A stretch of 42,185 bases of DNA from a bacterium. Its GTDB lineage: Bacteria > Verrucomicrobiota > Kiritimatiellia > RFP12 > CAIWXQ01. This document shows positions 1 through 7,466 of this stretch, piece by piece. The notes beneath the pieces were generated by a model, which was given only the letters and a program-made list of their open reading frames with translations, was not told the DNA's origin and did no database searches. Where the stretch lies: NCBI GenBank assembly GCA_037129105.1, contig JBAXVM010000002.1, positions 1-42,185 of the forward strand, written 5' to 3'. The translations under genes and the position numbers were made by a program. How positions within the stretch are numbered: position 1 is the first letter of the stretch; each line of letters begins with the position of its first letter.

Positions 1-420
1 CGGACCCGCCGCGCAACTTCCATGCTGCGAATTGCTGCATTTGGCTTGCCTGGCCTTGACCGCCTTGAACTGACGGTTAACAAAACGCCCTATCGTGCGC
101 TTGCCTTCGGCGTCGATGCGAATCAGCAGGCCCGGTGCGTCTGGGGCGGGTTCGTAATGCGGATACGGCTGCGACTGGAGGAACGCGGCAACCTGACGCC
201 GGCCGGCGGAAGAATCCACGGCTTCGAGGCAGGTGGAGAGCGGGCGGGCAGCGGCGCTGCGACAAAGGGCTAAGGCCTGCTCGCCTTGCAGCAGCGATTC
301 GACGGCGCGTCCCAGCTTGGCCCAGAATTCCACCTGCCCCGCAATGGAACGTTCCAGCGACACGCCAGCCAGCCGGGCGTCGAGCACCAAGGCATCGGAG
401 AGTTTGACGGGTTGACTCAT
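1..420 (-). CDS. ParD-like type II antitoxin; the start is in the window and the 3' end runs off the left edge
   Basis: Hand translation of the minus strand from ATG (418-420) gives MSQPVKLSDALVLDARLAGVSLERSIAGQVEFWAKLGRAVESLL...PYPHYEPAPDAPGLLIRIDAEGKRTIGRFVNRQF. The frame stays open to position 1 with no stop, so it is absent from the ORF track. The N-terminal motif resembles the ParD-like antitoxin family as I remember it. Confidence 0.5.
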   Translation of the reverse strand, partial: MSQPVKLSDALVLDARLAGVSLERSIAGQVEFWAKLGRAVESLLQGEQALALCRSAAARPLSTCLEAVDSSAGRRQVAAFLQSQPYPHYEPAPDAPGLLIRIDAEGKRTIGRFVNRQFKAVKARQAKCSNSQHGSCAAGP

Positions 421-469
421 GGGACGAGGGTAGCATTATGCTACCAACCGGGTCAAGCCGTGAAGCAAC

Positions 470-585
470 AGTTCTCTTTATGGCGCCAAAACGCCTTACG
501 GCGTCACTACAAACGGCCTAGAAACGGCAAAAAGCCGTTCGTAGTGTGCCCGTAAGGGCATTCTCGTCGGCCATAACGAGAACTG
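470..585. repeat. Family A palindromic REP/MITE-like element, full copy (~116 bp)
   Basis: The element reads AGTTCTC(T/A)TTATGGCGCCAAAACGCCTTACGGCGTCACTACAAACGGC...GCCGTTCGTAGTGTGCCCGTAAGGGCATTC..GCCATAA.GAGAACT. The two arms are imperfect reverse complements, and each holds a small TTAC/GTAA-loop hairpin. Other copies are at 17393, 19543 and 31046. Confidence 0.85.
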
Positions 586-616
586 CTGAGGCCGCAGGTA
601 CGATTGGCAAAGGTTT

Positions 617-867
617 CGAATTTGGAACTCAGCCAGCCGCGCGGCTGCGCCGCGAACAAACACCAAGGTAACATGAAATTCGCCGCGTTGAGGAACGTGT
701 CTTTGCCGCCAAAGAACGCAAAGAAGCACAAAAAATCACCGCATATTTTCAACCTGTTTTTTGCGATCTTTGTGTTCTTTTGTGGCAAACTTTTCTGTCC
801 CCGGATTCCTCAGCATTTCCTTGGCGTTCGCGGCGCGGGTCTCGCGGCAGGCCGAGTTCCAAATTCG
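617..867. repeat. Long (~250 bp) nested imperfect palindrome (Family G core) abutting the prlC stop codon
   Basis: The outer IR pairs CGAATTTGGAACTCAGCC (617-634) with GGCCGAGTTCCAAATTCG (850-867), matching at 17 of 18 positions. The inner hairpin runs TTTGCCGCCAAAGAACGCAAAGAAGCAC...GCGATCTTTGTGTTCTTTTGTGGCAAA (about 702-789). A second Family G copy lies at 31473-31563 and a fragment near 41983. Confidence 0.8.
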
Positions 868-870
868 GCT

Positions 871-2958
871 TCATCCCGCCAGCCCCGCGTGTCGCAGCAG
901 CGCGGCGACTTGCGGCGGGCGGCTGCGGAAGGCCTGGAAAACCTCCATGGGGTGCGTGCCACCGCCCAGGGCCAGGATCGTGTCGCGATAGCGCCGGCCC
1001 GTGGCTGCCACGGCCGCTTCGTCATGCAAACCGGCTTCCTCAAATGCGGCGAACGCGTCCGCAGCCAGCACTTCGGCCCACTTATAACTGTAGTACCCGG
1101 CCGCATAGCCGCCGGCAAAGATGTGGCTGAAGCCGCACAGAAAGCGGTCCTCGGGCAGCAGTGGGACCGGCAGCAGGCGCGCGGCTACCGCGCGTTTGAC
1201 GGCCTCGGCATCTGCCCCGAGCGCTCCCGGATAGCGCGCATGCAGCTCCATGTCCACGGTTCCCAGGAAGAGCTGGCGCAGCAGGTCCGGTGCGGCGCGG
1301 TAGTTCTTTGCGGCCAGGATGCGCGCGAACAGCTCTTCCGGCAGCGCGGCGCCGGTTTCGACGTGCTGGCTGAGCCCCTGCAGTGTGGCGCGTTCGTAGC
1401 ACCAGTTTTCCATGAATTGACTGGCCAGTTCGACCGCGTCCCATTCGACATTGTTGATTCCGGAAGCTTCGGGCTCTTCCACCGTGGTGAGCATGTGCTG
1501 GAGGGAGTGGCCGAATTCGTGGAAGAGCGTGGTGACTTCATCAAACCGCATCAGCGACGGCTGCGTCGGCGTGGGGAGCGTCTGGTTGCAGACCAGCACC
1601 GCCACGGGCAGGCGCAGAGCGCCGTCCGGCAGACGATCGCGGGTGCGGAACTCGTTCATCCAGGCGCCGCCGCGTTTGGTGGCTGGCCGGCTGTACGGGT
1701 CCAGGTAGAAGGACGCCAGCGGCGTGCCGTCGTTTGCCAGGACCCGGAAGAAACGCACATCCGGATGCCACACCGGCGCCTCGCCGTCTGCCGCCTGCAC
1801 GCGGATGCCGAAGAGGCGTTCGGAAAGGGCGAACAGTCCATCCAGCACGCGCGGGAAGGGGAAATAGGCGCGCAGCTCTTCTTCGCTGTATGCGTAGCGC
1901 TGTTCGCGCAGACGCTCGGACCAGAAGGCATAATCCCAGGGGGCCAGTTCGGATTCCGCAAAACCGTTGCTGCGCGCAAACGCCAGCAGTTCGGCGTTGT
2001 CGCGCCGGGCCGGGGCTTGCGCAGCCGCAGCCAGGTCCGCGGTGAGCTGGTCCACAGCCTCGATGCCAGGCGCCATCTTGCGTGTCAGGCTCAAGTGCGC
2101 GTAGGTCGGATACCCCAGCAGGCCGGCCATTTCGCGGCGCAAGGCCAGGGTGCGTTCGAGCAGGCTGCTGTTGTCGAGTTCGCCGGACGAGGCGCGTGTG
2201 ACGTGCGCGCGGTAGAGCTCCTCGCGCAGGCGGCGGCAACGGGCGTGTTTGAGGAAGGGGACCAGCACCGGCGCATCGAGTGTGGCGCGCCAGGGGCCCT
2301 GCTCGGCCGTGGCTGCGGGCTCGCCTGCTTCCTTGGCAGCCTGCGCTGCGGCGGCGCGCCAGGCGGACGGCAGTCCGTCGAGATCGGCCGGATCGCGAAT
2401 CCAGAGCGAGTAGGCCTTGACCGCATCGAGCAGGTGGTTGCTGAAGGCTGTGGAGAGCGTGGCCAGCTCCTGCTGGATGGCATTGAAGCGCTGGCGCGGT
2501 TCGCCGGAGAGTCCGACGCCCGCCTGCTCTGCGCTGCGGATGGTGCTCTCGAGAATGCGGCGCTGGGGTCCGGTGAGCAGAGGCGTAGCGCGGTCGGTTG
2601 CGCGCAACTCCAGGTAGCGCTGGTATAACCGCGGACTTTGCGCCACGCGCAGGCCAAAGCTGACCAGCTCCGGCTGCAGTAGATCATGCGCCTTGCGCCA
2701 GGCGTCGCTGTTCATGACGCTCAGGAGATGTCCGACCAGCCCCCAGGCACTGTAGAGCGGATAACAAGCCCGGTAGAGCGGATCCATCAGCCCCTGCCAG
2801 GTAGGCGTGGCGAGCTCTTCCAGTTGCGCCACGACCGCCTCGGCTTCCGCCAGATGCGCACGCAAGGCCGTCTCGGCATGCTCCGGCGTCATCCGGTCAA
2901 AGGCCGGCAGATACGAGATGGCGTACAGGGGGTTGGTGGAGAGAGTGGGTGTAGACAT
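871..2958 (-). CDS. prlC: M3 family oligopeptidase A (thimet-type zinc metallopeptidase)
   Basis: ORF 871..3033 (-). It has the zinc motif HEFGHSLQH plus M3-like blocks (LYRAHVTRAS, GYYSYKWAEVL). I trimmed the start to MSTPTLSTNPLY (ATG 2956-2958), giving about 695 aa, typical of oligopeptidase A. Confidence 0.85.
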   Translation of the reverse strand: MSTPTLSTNPLYAISYLPAFDRMTPEHAETALRAHLAEAEAVVAQLEELATPTWQGLMDPLYRACYPLYSAWGLVGHLLSVMNSDAWRKAHDLLQPELVSFGLRVAQSPRLYQRYLELRATDRATPLLTGPQRRILESTIRSAEQAGVGLSGEPRQRFNAIQQELATLSTAFSNHLLDAVKAYSLWIRDPADLDGLPSAWRAAAAQAAKEAGEPAATAEQGPWRATLDAPVLVPFLKHARCRRLREELYRAHVTRASSGELDNSSLLERTLALRREMAGLLGYPTYAHLSLTRKMAPGIEAVDQLTADLAAAAQAPARRDNAELLAFARSNGFAESELAPWDYAFWSERLREQRYAYSEEELRAYFPFPRVLDGLFALSERLFGIRVQAADGEAPVWHPDVRFFRVLANDGTPLASFYLDPYSRPATKRGGAWMNEFRTRDRLPDGALRLPVAVLVCNQTLPTPTQPSLMRFDEVTTLFHEFGHSLQHMLTTVEEPEASGINNVEWDAVELASQFMENWCYERATLQGLSQHVETGAALPEELFARILAAKNYRAAPDLLRQLFLGTVDMELHARYPGALGADAEAVKRAVAARLLPVPLLPEDRFLCGFSHIFAGGYAAGYYSYKWAEVLAADAFAAFEEAGLHDEAAVAATGRRYRDTILALGGGTHPMEVFQAFRSRPPQVAALLRHAGLAG

Positions 2959-3029
2959 AGGTAGAGCAGCATACCGAAACGGACACGCGGGGGCGAGTCG
3001 GCAGTGGGAGGCGCTCCGCGGGCGCGGGC

Positions 3030-3223
3030 GCAAGTCAGAGTTGACGCTTCGGCATCACACACCTCATGCTGTGTTCGATTTGTGCACGAACCCAGGTGGC
3101 CCGCGAGCTCCGCGCGCGGGCAGTTACCGAAACAGCGTCGGACCAGCAACTGCCCGCGCGCGGAGCTCGCGGGCCACCTTTCCAACAGCACCGCAAGTTA
3201 CAACCCCGTCAACTCTGACTTGC
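3030..3223. repeat. Nested perfect inverted repeats (Family F outer, Family E inner)
   Basis: The outer 17-bp perfect IR pairs GCAAGTCAGAGTTGACG (3030-3046) with CGTCAACTCTGACTTGC (3207-3223). The inner 32-bp perfect IR pairs AGGTGGCCCGCGAGCTCCGCGCGCGGGCAGTT (3094-3125) with its exact reverse complement (3148-3179), leaving a 22-nt loop. Confidence 0.9.
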
Positions 3224-3282
3224 ACCCCAACGCCCCGACACGCACAGCTTTCTGGTTGTGCGAAAGGAACGTGGCAGTCTAT

Positions 3283-3376
3283 GCTGTCGAGACCTGTCGA
3301 GGCCTGTCGTCTCCTGACGTTACCTTTCGAAAGGACTCGAAAGGACTCGACAGGCTTCGACAGGCCTCGACAGGCC
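3283..3376 (+). repeat. Family D array 1: 10-bp-periodic CCTGTCG / CGACAGG hairpin array
   Basis: The sequence is GCTGTCGAGA CCTGTCGAGG CCTGTCGTCT CCTGACGTTA CCTTTCGAAAGG ACTCGAAAGG ACTCGACAGG CTTCGACAGG CCTCGACAGG CC, followed by a CCCGCCCC tail. It lies directly upstream of the response regulator gene. Confidence 0.9.
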
Positions 3377-3405
3377 CCGCCCCATACGCACCCCAGGAGC
3401 TTCGA

Positions 3406-4098
3406 ATGAAAATCCTGATCGTGGAAGACGACGCCAACATTGTGCGCGGTCTGAAGGACAACCTCGCGTTCGAAGGCTATGCCGTGTCTGTCGCCTCGGA
3501 TGGCGAGGAGGGACTGGCCCAGGCGCTGTCCCTGCAGCCTGACCTGATCCTGCTGGACATCATGATGCCCAAGCGCAACGGCTTTGATGTGCTGCGCGAA
3601 CTGCGCGACCACAAGCAGACCGTCCCCGTGATCATGCTCACCTGCAAAGGCGAGGAAGTGGACAAGGTCCTGGGTCTGGAACTGGGCGCGGACGACTACG
3701 TGACCAAGCCTTTCGGCCTCAATGAACTCCTGGCCCGCATTCGCGCCGTGCTGCGCCGCCGCAATGCCCCGCCTACAGCCCTGACCGATGACACCTACGC
3801 GTTCGAGGGGATCGAGATCCGGTTTGCGCGCTGCGAGATCGCGCGCAAGCGCAAGACGTTTCCGCTCACAGCCATCGAGACGGCGCTGCTGCGCTATCTG
3901 GTCGAGCGGCGCGGCAAGGTCGTGACGCGCGAGGAGCTGCTGAACAAAGTCTGGGGCTACGACCGCTTTCCCAGCACCCGCACCGTGGATAACCGCATCA
4001 TGGCCCTGCGCAAAAAACTTGGCGACGATCCGCAAGCGCCGCGCTATCTCGTGAGCATGCGTTCGCTAGGGTACCGGTTCGATCATGAATCGCGCTGA
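3406..4098 (+). CDS. OmpR/PhoB-family response regulator
   Basis: Internal ATG at 3406 of ORF 3004..4098, reading MKILIVEDDANIV. The receiver domain shows DD, LLDIMMP and VTKPF. The C-terminal winged-helix segment is LRKKLGDDPQAPRYLVSMRSLGYRF. Confidence 0.9.
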   Translation: MKILIVEDDANIVRGLKDNLAFEGYAVSVASDGEEGLAQALSLQPDLILLDIMMPKRNGFDVLRELRDHKQTVPVIMLTCKGEEVDKVLGLELGADDYVTKPFGLNELLARIRAVLRRRNAPPTALTDDTYAFEGIEIRFARCEIARKRKTFPLTAIETALLRYLVERRGKVVTREELLNKVWGYDRFPSTRTVDNRIMALRKKLGDDPQAPRYLVSMRSLGYRFDHESR

Positions 4099-4130
4099 GG
4101 CTGGCTGGAGAGGCGGGGGAGCTGGCGGTC

Positions 4131-4204
4131 CCTTTCGAGGCCTGTCGGTGCCTGTCGGTTCCTTCCGACAGGTCTCGACAGGTTTCGACAGGACCCGACA
4201 GGCC
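4131..4204 (+). repeat. Family D array 2
   Basis: The sequence is CCTTTCGAGG CCTGTCGGTG CCTGTCGGTT CCTTCCGACAGG TCTCGACAGG TTTCGACAGG ACCCGACAGG CC, followed by CCGACCGCCCCCGCC. It lies between the response regulator and the TPR/HEAT gene. Confidence 0.9.
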
Positions 4205-4326
4205 CCGACCGCCCCCGCCAATTGCAACCGCGTGACCAACAAGTTACCCGGCCGTTACAGTTGCGTGACACAAGCGGCAGGGCGTTTCGGTACCGTGGGT
4301 CTCGTAACACACAACAGGAGGTTTCC

Positions 4327-6543
4327 ATGATCGCGAGGCGAATGTTTCTTGTGGCAATCGGAACGCTGGGTCTGGCCTGGGCCGGGACGACAAGCGGCGC
4401 GGCCACCAATGCGGCGTCGGCGGGTTCCGACGAACGCTTCCTTGGCGCGCTCTACCAGGAACTCGCCCTTGGCAACGTCACCAACGCCGTGGCGGAATAC
4501 GAGAAGCTGGCCGAATCCGCGCAAGTGGATGCGCGCGTCAAAGCCCTGGCCCTGTTCCGGCTCGCTTCCACACTGGCCGAACAAGGCCGGACCGAACAGG
4601 CCACCGGCTACTTCCGCCGGATCGTCGAAACGTACCCCGACCAGGCCGTGGCTCAGAAAGCCCAGGCGGAACTCAAGCGGCTCGAAAGCGCGCGCCCGGG
4701 TTTCGATGCCGTGGCGCAGGAGTGCTTTGCGCGGTTCGTCGTGGCCAAAGCCGATGAATACAATGCAGCGCTTCTGCAATTGACCATGCTGGGAGACCGC
4801 GCTTTGCCGACAGTGTTGGAGGGTTGCAAGAATCGCGATAGCGAAGTTCGAAAACGTGCCGCACTTGCGCTGGCCCGTTTTGGGGATGAGCGGGCCTTTC
4901 CAATTCTGCTGGACATCGTCGCGCAGGAAGACAGCGGCAGCGCGACTATTGCGCGGAAAGCGCTTGTTCAACTAGCAAAAGAAAACGCTCGCCATCTGGC
5001 GCGACTGAAGGATGCCTGCCTGGAAACCCAGTTGAAATATGGGATACTCAGGCTTTTTTACGCTCTCAAAGAAGCGGAAGGGGTGGGACCGCTTACTACG
5101 GAGGTGGCTAGAAAGATGCTCTACTCCTATGGTGTGGATGAAGCTCTGGCCGTCAAGGAGGTATGGTCCGCCGTCGAGTCTGACAAGTCCAAACTGCTTC
5201 GGCGGCTTTGGGAATTGTGGGAGAAGAACGCTGACGAAAACAAGTATGACTCCTTGGCCGATATGATTTTTACGATAGCCGCGAAGAACGACGCGGAGTC
5301 GTTCGGAAAGACGTTCGACAAACTTGTCACTTCGGCTCGACAGAAGAATCTCAAACTCCCCATGACTTGGCAGAATGGCCGATCTCTCCTCTCTGCGCGG
5401 ATTTGCCGTATTGGAGATATTGACGACGATCTTCTTAGGTACTCCTGGGCTAGCAGGGAGGGCAATATGGTTTATGGAAGTATTTGCGCCTTTTTTGAGC
5501 AAAAAGATGAATATAACCAACCTTACTTCTCGCTATCCGGCGCTAAGACGATTCTACAAAAACTTCTGCGATCTGGAAATCTGCGCGGTTCTCACGTAGA
5601 GAACATTATCGAACCTTTTCTCAAGCGCACAAATGGAGCAGTGGATGACGATTGGTATGCCCTCTTCCTGGAAGCGTTACCAGATATGACAAAAGGATAT
5701 TCGTGGATAAATAGCCTCTCCCCCGAATGCAATTCGAAACTGGGCGAAAGGCTGATTGCTTCCACCGGGGACAATTCGGTTTGGATAAGGGCAGGCAAAA
5801 ATGCGGAGGATGCGCTTCAAACCATATTCATGTATATATTTTATGAGCGTGGGACGGCAGAGCAATATGTTCGTTCAGAGCTTTCTCCTCCTCCTCCTCC
5901 TATGCCTGGTGTAGTCAGAGCGCCGCCACTCGTTGATAGGTCTCGACCTATCACAATGGCTAGCGGCACACCCTTGAAAATACTGGCTCTTTCGCTCATC
6001 GCGGACAGTCCTTCGAATGGCGTGCCGCTTTCCGTGCGAGTCAGCATTATGGCCACGACTATTTCGAGGAGCACATCGGCGGTGCTTGACGCCATGCTTG
6101 CCAGCACCCACCAAGAGTTCCGCCGCCTTGCGCAGAAGGAACTCCTGCGCCGTCAGGATACCCCACAACCCCAGAAGGAAACCCTCTGTCTTGCTCTTCT
6201 TTCGGAGACAAATGGCGTGGACGTTGTGGTGAATCATATCGTCGCGGATACTGACCACGACTGGTCGAAGGTTCTTCCGGAACTGGCGCGGCGGCTTCCC
6301 AAGGGGGACGAGGGGCGGATTCTGGAGCCCATGGAGAAGCGCCCCTCGATCCAGTACGTTCCCATGTTGATCGCGCTTCTGGATAGCAGCGATGTGCTCA
6401 CGCGCGAACGGGCGACCAAGGTTCTGCAGCGCATCCGGGAGACGCAGAATACGAAGGAGGGGTGGTCCAAGTGGTATCAGGAGGTACAGTCCGGCGCGGC
6501 CGCCCCGACCAATGCCGCGCGCGCCGCCGGCGAAGCGCCGTAA
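4327..6543 (+). CDS. Secreted TPR (YbgF-like) plus HEAT-repeat protein, function unknown
   Basis: ATG at 4327 is preceded by AGGAGG. The signal peptide is MIARRMFLVAIGTLGLAWA. A TPR-like N-terminal segment (NAVAEYEKLAES...YFRRIVETYPDQ) is followed by HEAT/PBS-lyase-like repeats (DSEVRKRAALALARFGDERAFPILLDIV and LLDSSDVLTRERATKVLQRI). Confidence 0.7.
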   Translation: MIARRMFLVAIGTLGLAWAGTTSGAATNAASAGSDERFLGALYQELALGNVTNAVAEYEKLAESAQVDARVKALALFRLASTLAEQGRTEQATGYFRRIVETYPDQAVAQKAQAELKRLESARPGFDAVAQECFARFVVAKADEYNAALLQLTMLGDRALPTVLEGCKNRDSEVRKRAALALARFGDERAFPILLDIVAQEDSGSATIARKALVQLAKENARHLARLKDACLETQLKYGILRLFYALKEAEGVGPLTTEVARKMLYSYGVDEALAVKEVWSAVESDKSKLLRRLWELWEKNADENKYDSLADMIFTIAAKNDAESFGKTFDKLVTSARQKNLKLPMTWQNGRSLLSARICRIGDIDDDLLRYSWASREGNMVYGSICAFFEQKDEYNQPYFSLSGAKTILQKLLRSGNLRGSHVENIIEPFLKRTNGAVDDDWYALFLEALPDMTKGYSWINSLSPECNSKLGERLIASTGDNSVWIRAGKNAEDALQTIFMYIFYERGTAEQYVRSELSPPPPPMPGVVRAPPLVDRSRPITMASGTPLKILALSLIADSPSNGVPLSVRVSIMATTISRSTSAVLDAMLASTHQEFRRLAQKELLRRQDTPQPQKETLCLALLSETNGVDVVVNHIVADTDHDWSKVLPELARRLPKGDEGRILEPMEKRPSIQYVPMLIALLDSSDVLTRERATKVLQRIRETQNTKEGWSKWYQEVQSGAAAPTNAARAAGEAP

Positions 6544-6550
6544 GGAAAGC

Positions 6551-6700
6551 GGGCCTGTCGAGGCCTGTCGAGACCTGCCGGCACCTATCGGACCCAGGAG
6601 AGAAAGGTGGTTGTTGCGGGCTGCGCTGAAGTGCGCTAAATATATGCCTTGGCGGGGCCGCTCGGCAGGTCTCGCCAGGTCTCGAAAGGCCCCGACACAA
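6551..6700 (+). repeat. Family D array 3, with arms split by a ~60-nt loop
   Basis: The left arm GGGCCTGTCGAGGCCTGTCGAGACCTGCCGGCACCTATCGG spans 6551-6591. The right arm GCTCGGCAGGTCTCGCCAGGTCTCGAAAGGCCCCGACAC spans about 6660-6698. It lies between the TPR/HEAT gene and the four-helix-bundle gene. Confidence 0.8.
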
Positions 6701-6707
6701 ACCCGCC

Positions 6708-7454
6708 ATGGAGCCCTCCCACATGAACTTCGACAAAACCGGCGGCTTCCGCTGGCTCGACTCGTGGGTCATGGGCAGTATCGTCCAGCTTGCCACCTTT
6801 CGGTTCTGCGAGCGGTTTCTGCCGCACAAGCTCGATCCGACCGGGCGGCAGTACGACCAGATGACCCAGGCCGCGCGCTCGGGCGTGATGAACAACGTGG
6901 AAGGCAACGAACGGACGAGCACCTCGAAAGAGACCGAAATGAAGCTCACCAACGTTGCCCACGCGAGTCTGGCGGAACTCAAGGGCGATTACGAGAAGTG
7001 GCTCCTGCGGCACGGACTCATCCCCTGGAGCGTGGATTCCGAGGACGCGCAGCTCATCTACAGCATCCGCCTCGATCGACCGAACTACGGCAAGGATGTG
7101 CTTCGCGATTCCTGCGCGCACATTCTCGCGCAGAGCGCCAAGTTCTCCCGCTGGCTGGAATCCGAGGACCACGAAGTCGTGGCCAACTGCCTGCTGATCC
7201 TGTTGAGCCGTACCATCAACATGCTGTCGCATCAATTGCAGGCACAGGGCGACAAGTTTGCCGAACAGGGCGGTTTTCGCGAGAAACTAACCGAGGTGCG
7301 CGTGGAAGCCCGCGCCAAACAGGAGAACGCCCCCGACTGTCCCGACTGCGGCAAGCCCATGAAAAAGCGAAAAGCCACCAGCGGCAAGAACGCCGGAACC
7401 GAGTTCTGGGGGTGCACAGGGTATCCGAATTGCAGAGGAGTGCGGCAGGTGTAG
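6708..7454 (+). CDS. Four-helix-bundle protein (23S rRNA IVS / Avd-like family) with suffix domain, fused to a topoisomerase-type C4 zinc finger
   Basis: QMTQAARSGVMNNVEGNERTSTSKETEMKLTNVAHASLAELKGDYEKWLLRHGL matches the Q..rAa.S...N..EG / aSl.EL..DYe..L pattern of four-helix-bundle proteins with the suffix domain. The C-terminus CPDCGKPMKKRKATSGKNAGTEFWGCTGYPNCRG matches the zf-C4_Topoisom pattern CxxC...FWGC..YP.C. The start could instead be ATG 6723. Confidence 0.7.
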   Translation: MEPSHMNFDKTGGFRWLDSWVMGSIVQLATFRFCERFLPHKLDPTGRQYDQMTQAARSGVMNNVEGNERTSTSKETEMKLTNVAHASLAELKGDYEKWLLRHGLIPWSVDSEDAQLIYSIRLDRPNYGKDVLRDSCAHILAQSAKFSRWLESEDHEVVANCLLILLSRTINMLSHQLQAQGDKFAEQGGFREKLTEVRVEARAKQENAPDCPDCGKPMKKRKATSGKNAGTEFWGCTGYPNCRGVRQV

Positions 7455-7466
7455 CGGGGGTGCCAG

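Noticed and set aside
604-2628. A long ORF (674 aa, plus strand) antisense to the oligopeptidase gene. Similar long antisense ORFs are 3124..4035(-), 12779..13687(-), 20386..21537(-), 21539..22669(-), 28071..29000(-), 31758..32777(-), 34006..35451(-), 35621..37042(+) and 39861..41321(+).
   Set aside because: All are Arg/Gly/Ala/Pro-rich with no recognisable motifs. Each lies opposite a gene with clear family signatures. This is the typical open antisense frame of high-GC DNA.
3194-4258. A shared CAAGTTAC box upstream of the response regulator gene (3194-3201) and of the TPR/HEAT gene (4240-4247, with a second GTTAC 11 nt later), considered as an OmpR-type binding site.
   Set aside because: There are only two occurrences. 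The first lies immediately upstream of the Family F inverted-repeat arm (3207-3223). This is too little evidence to call a regulon motif.
6708-7454. The four-helix-bundle protein as the Avd accessory of a diversity-generating retroelement.
   Set aside because: I could not find a reverse transcriptase gene or a template/variable repeat pair anywhere in the window.
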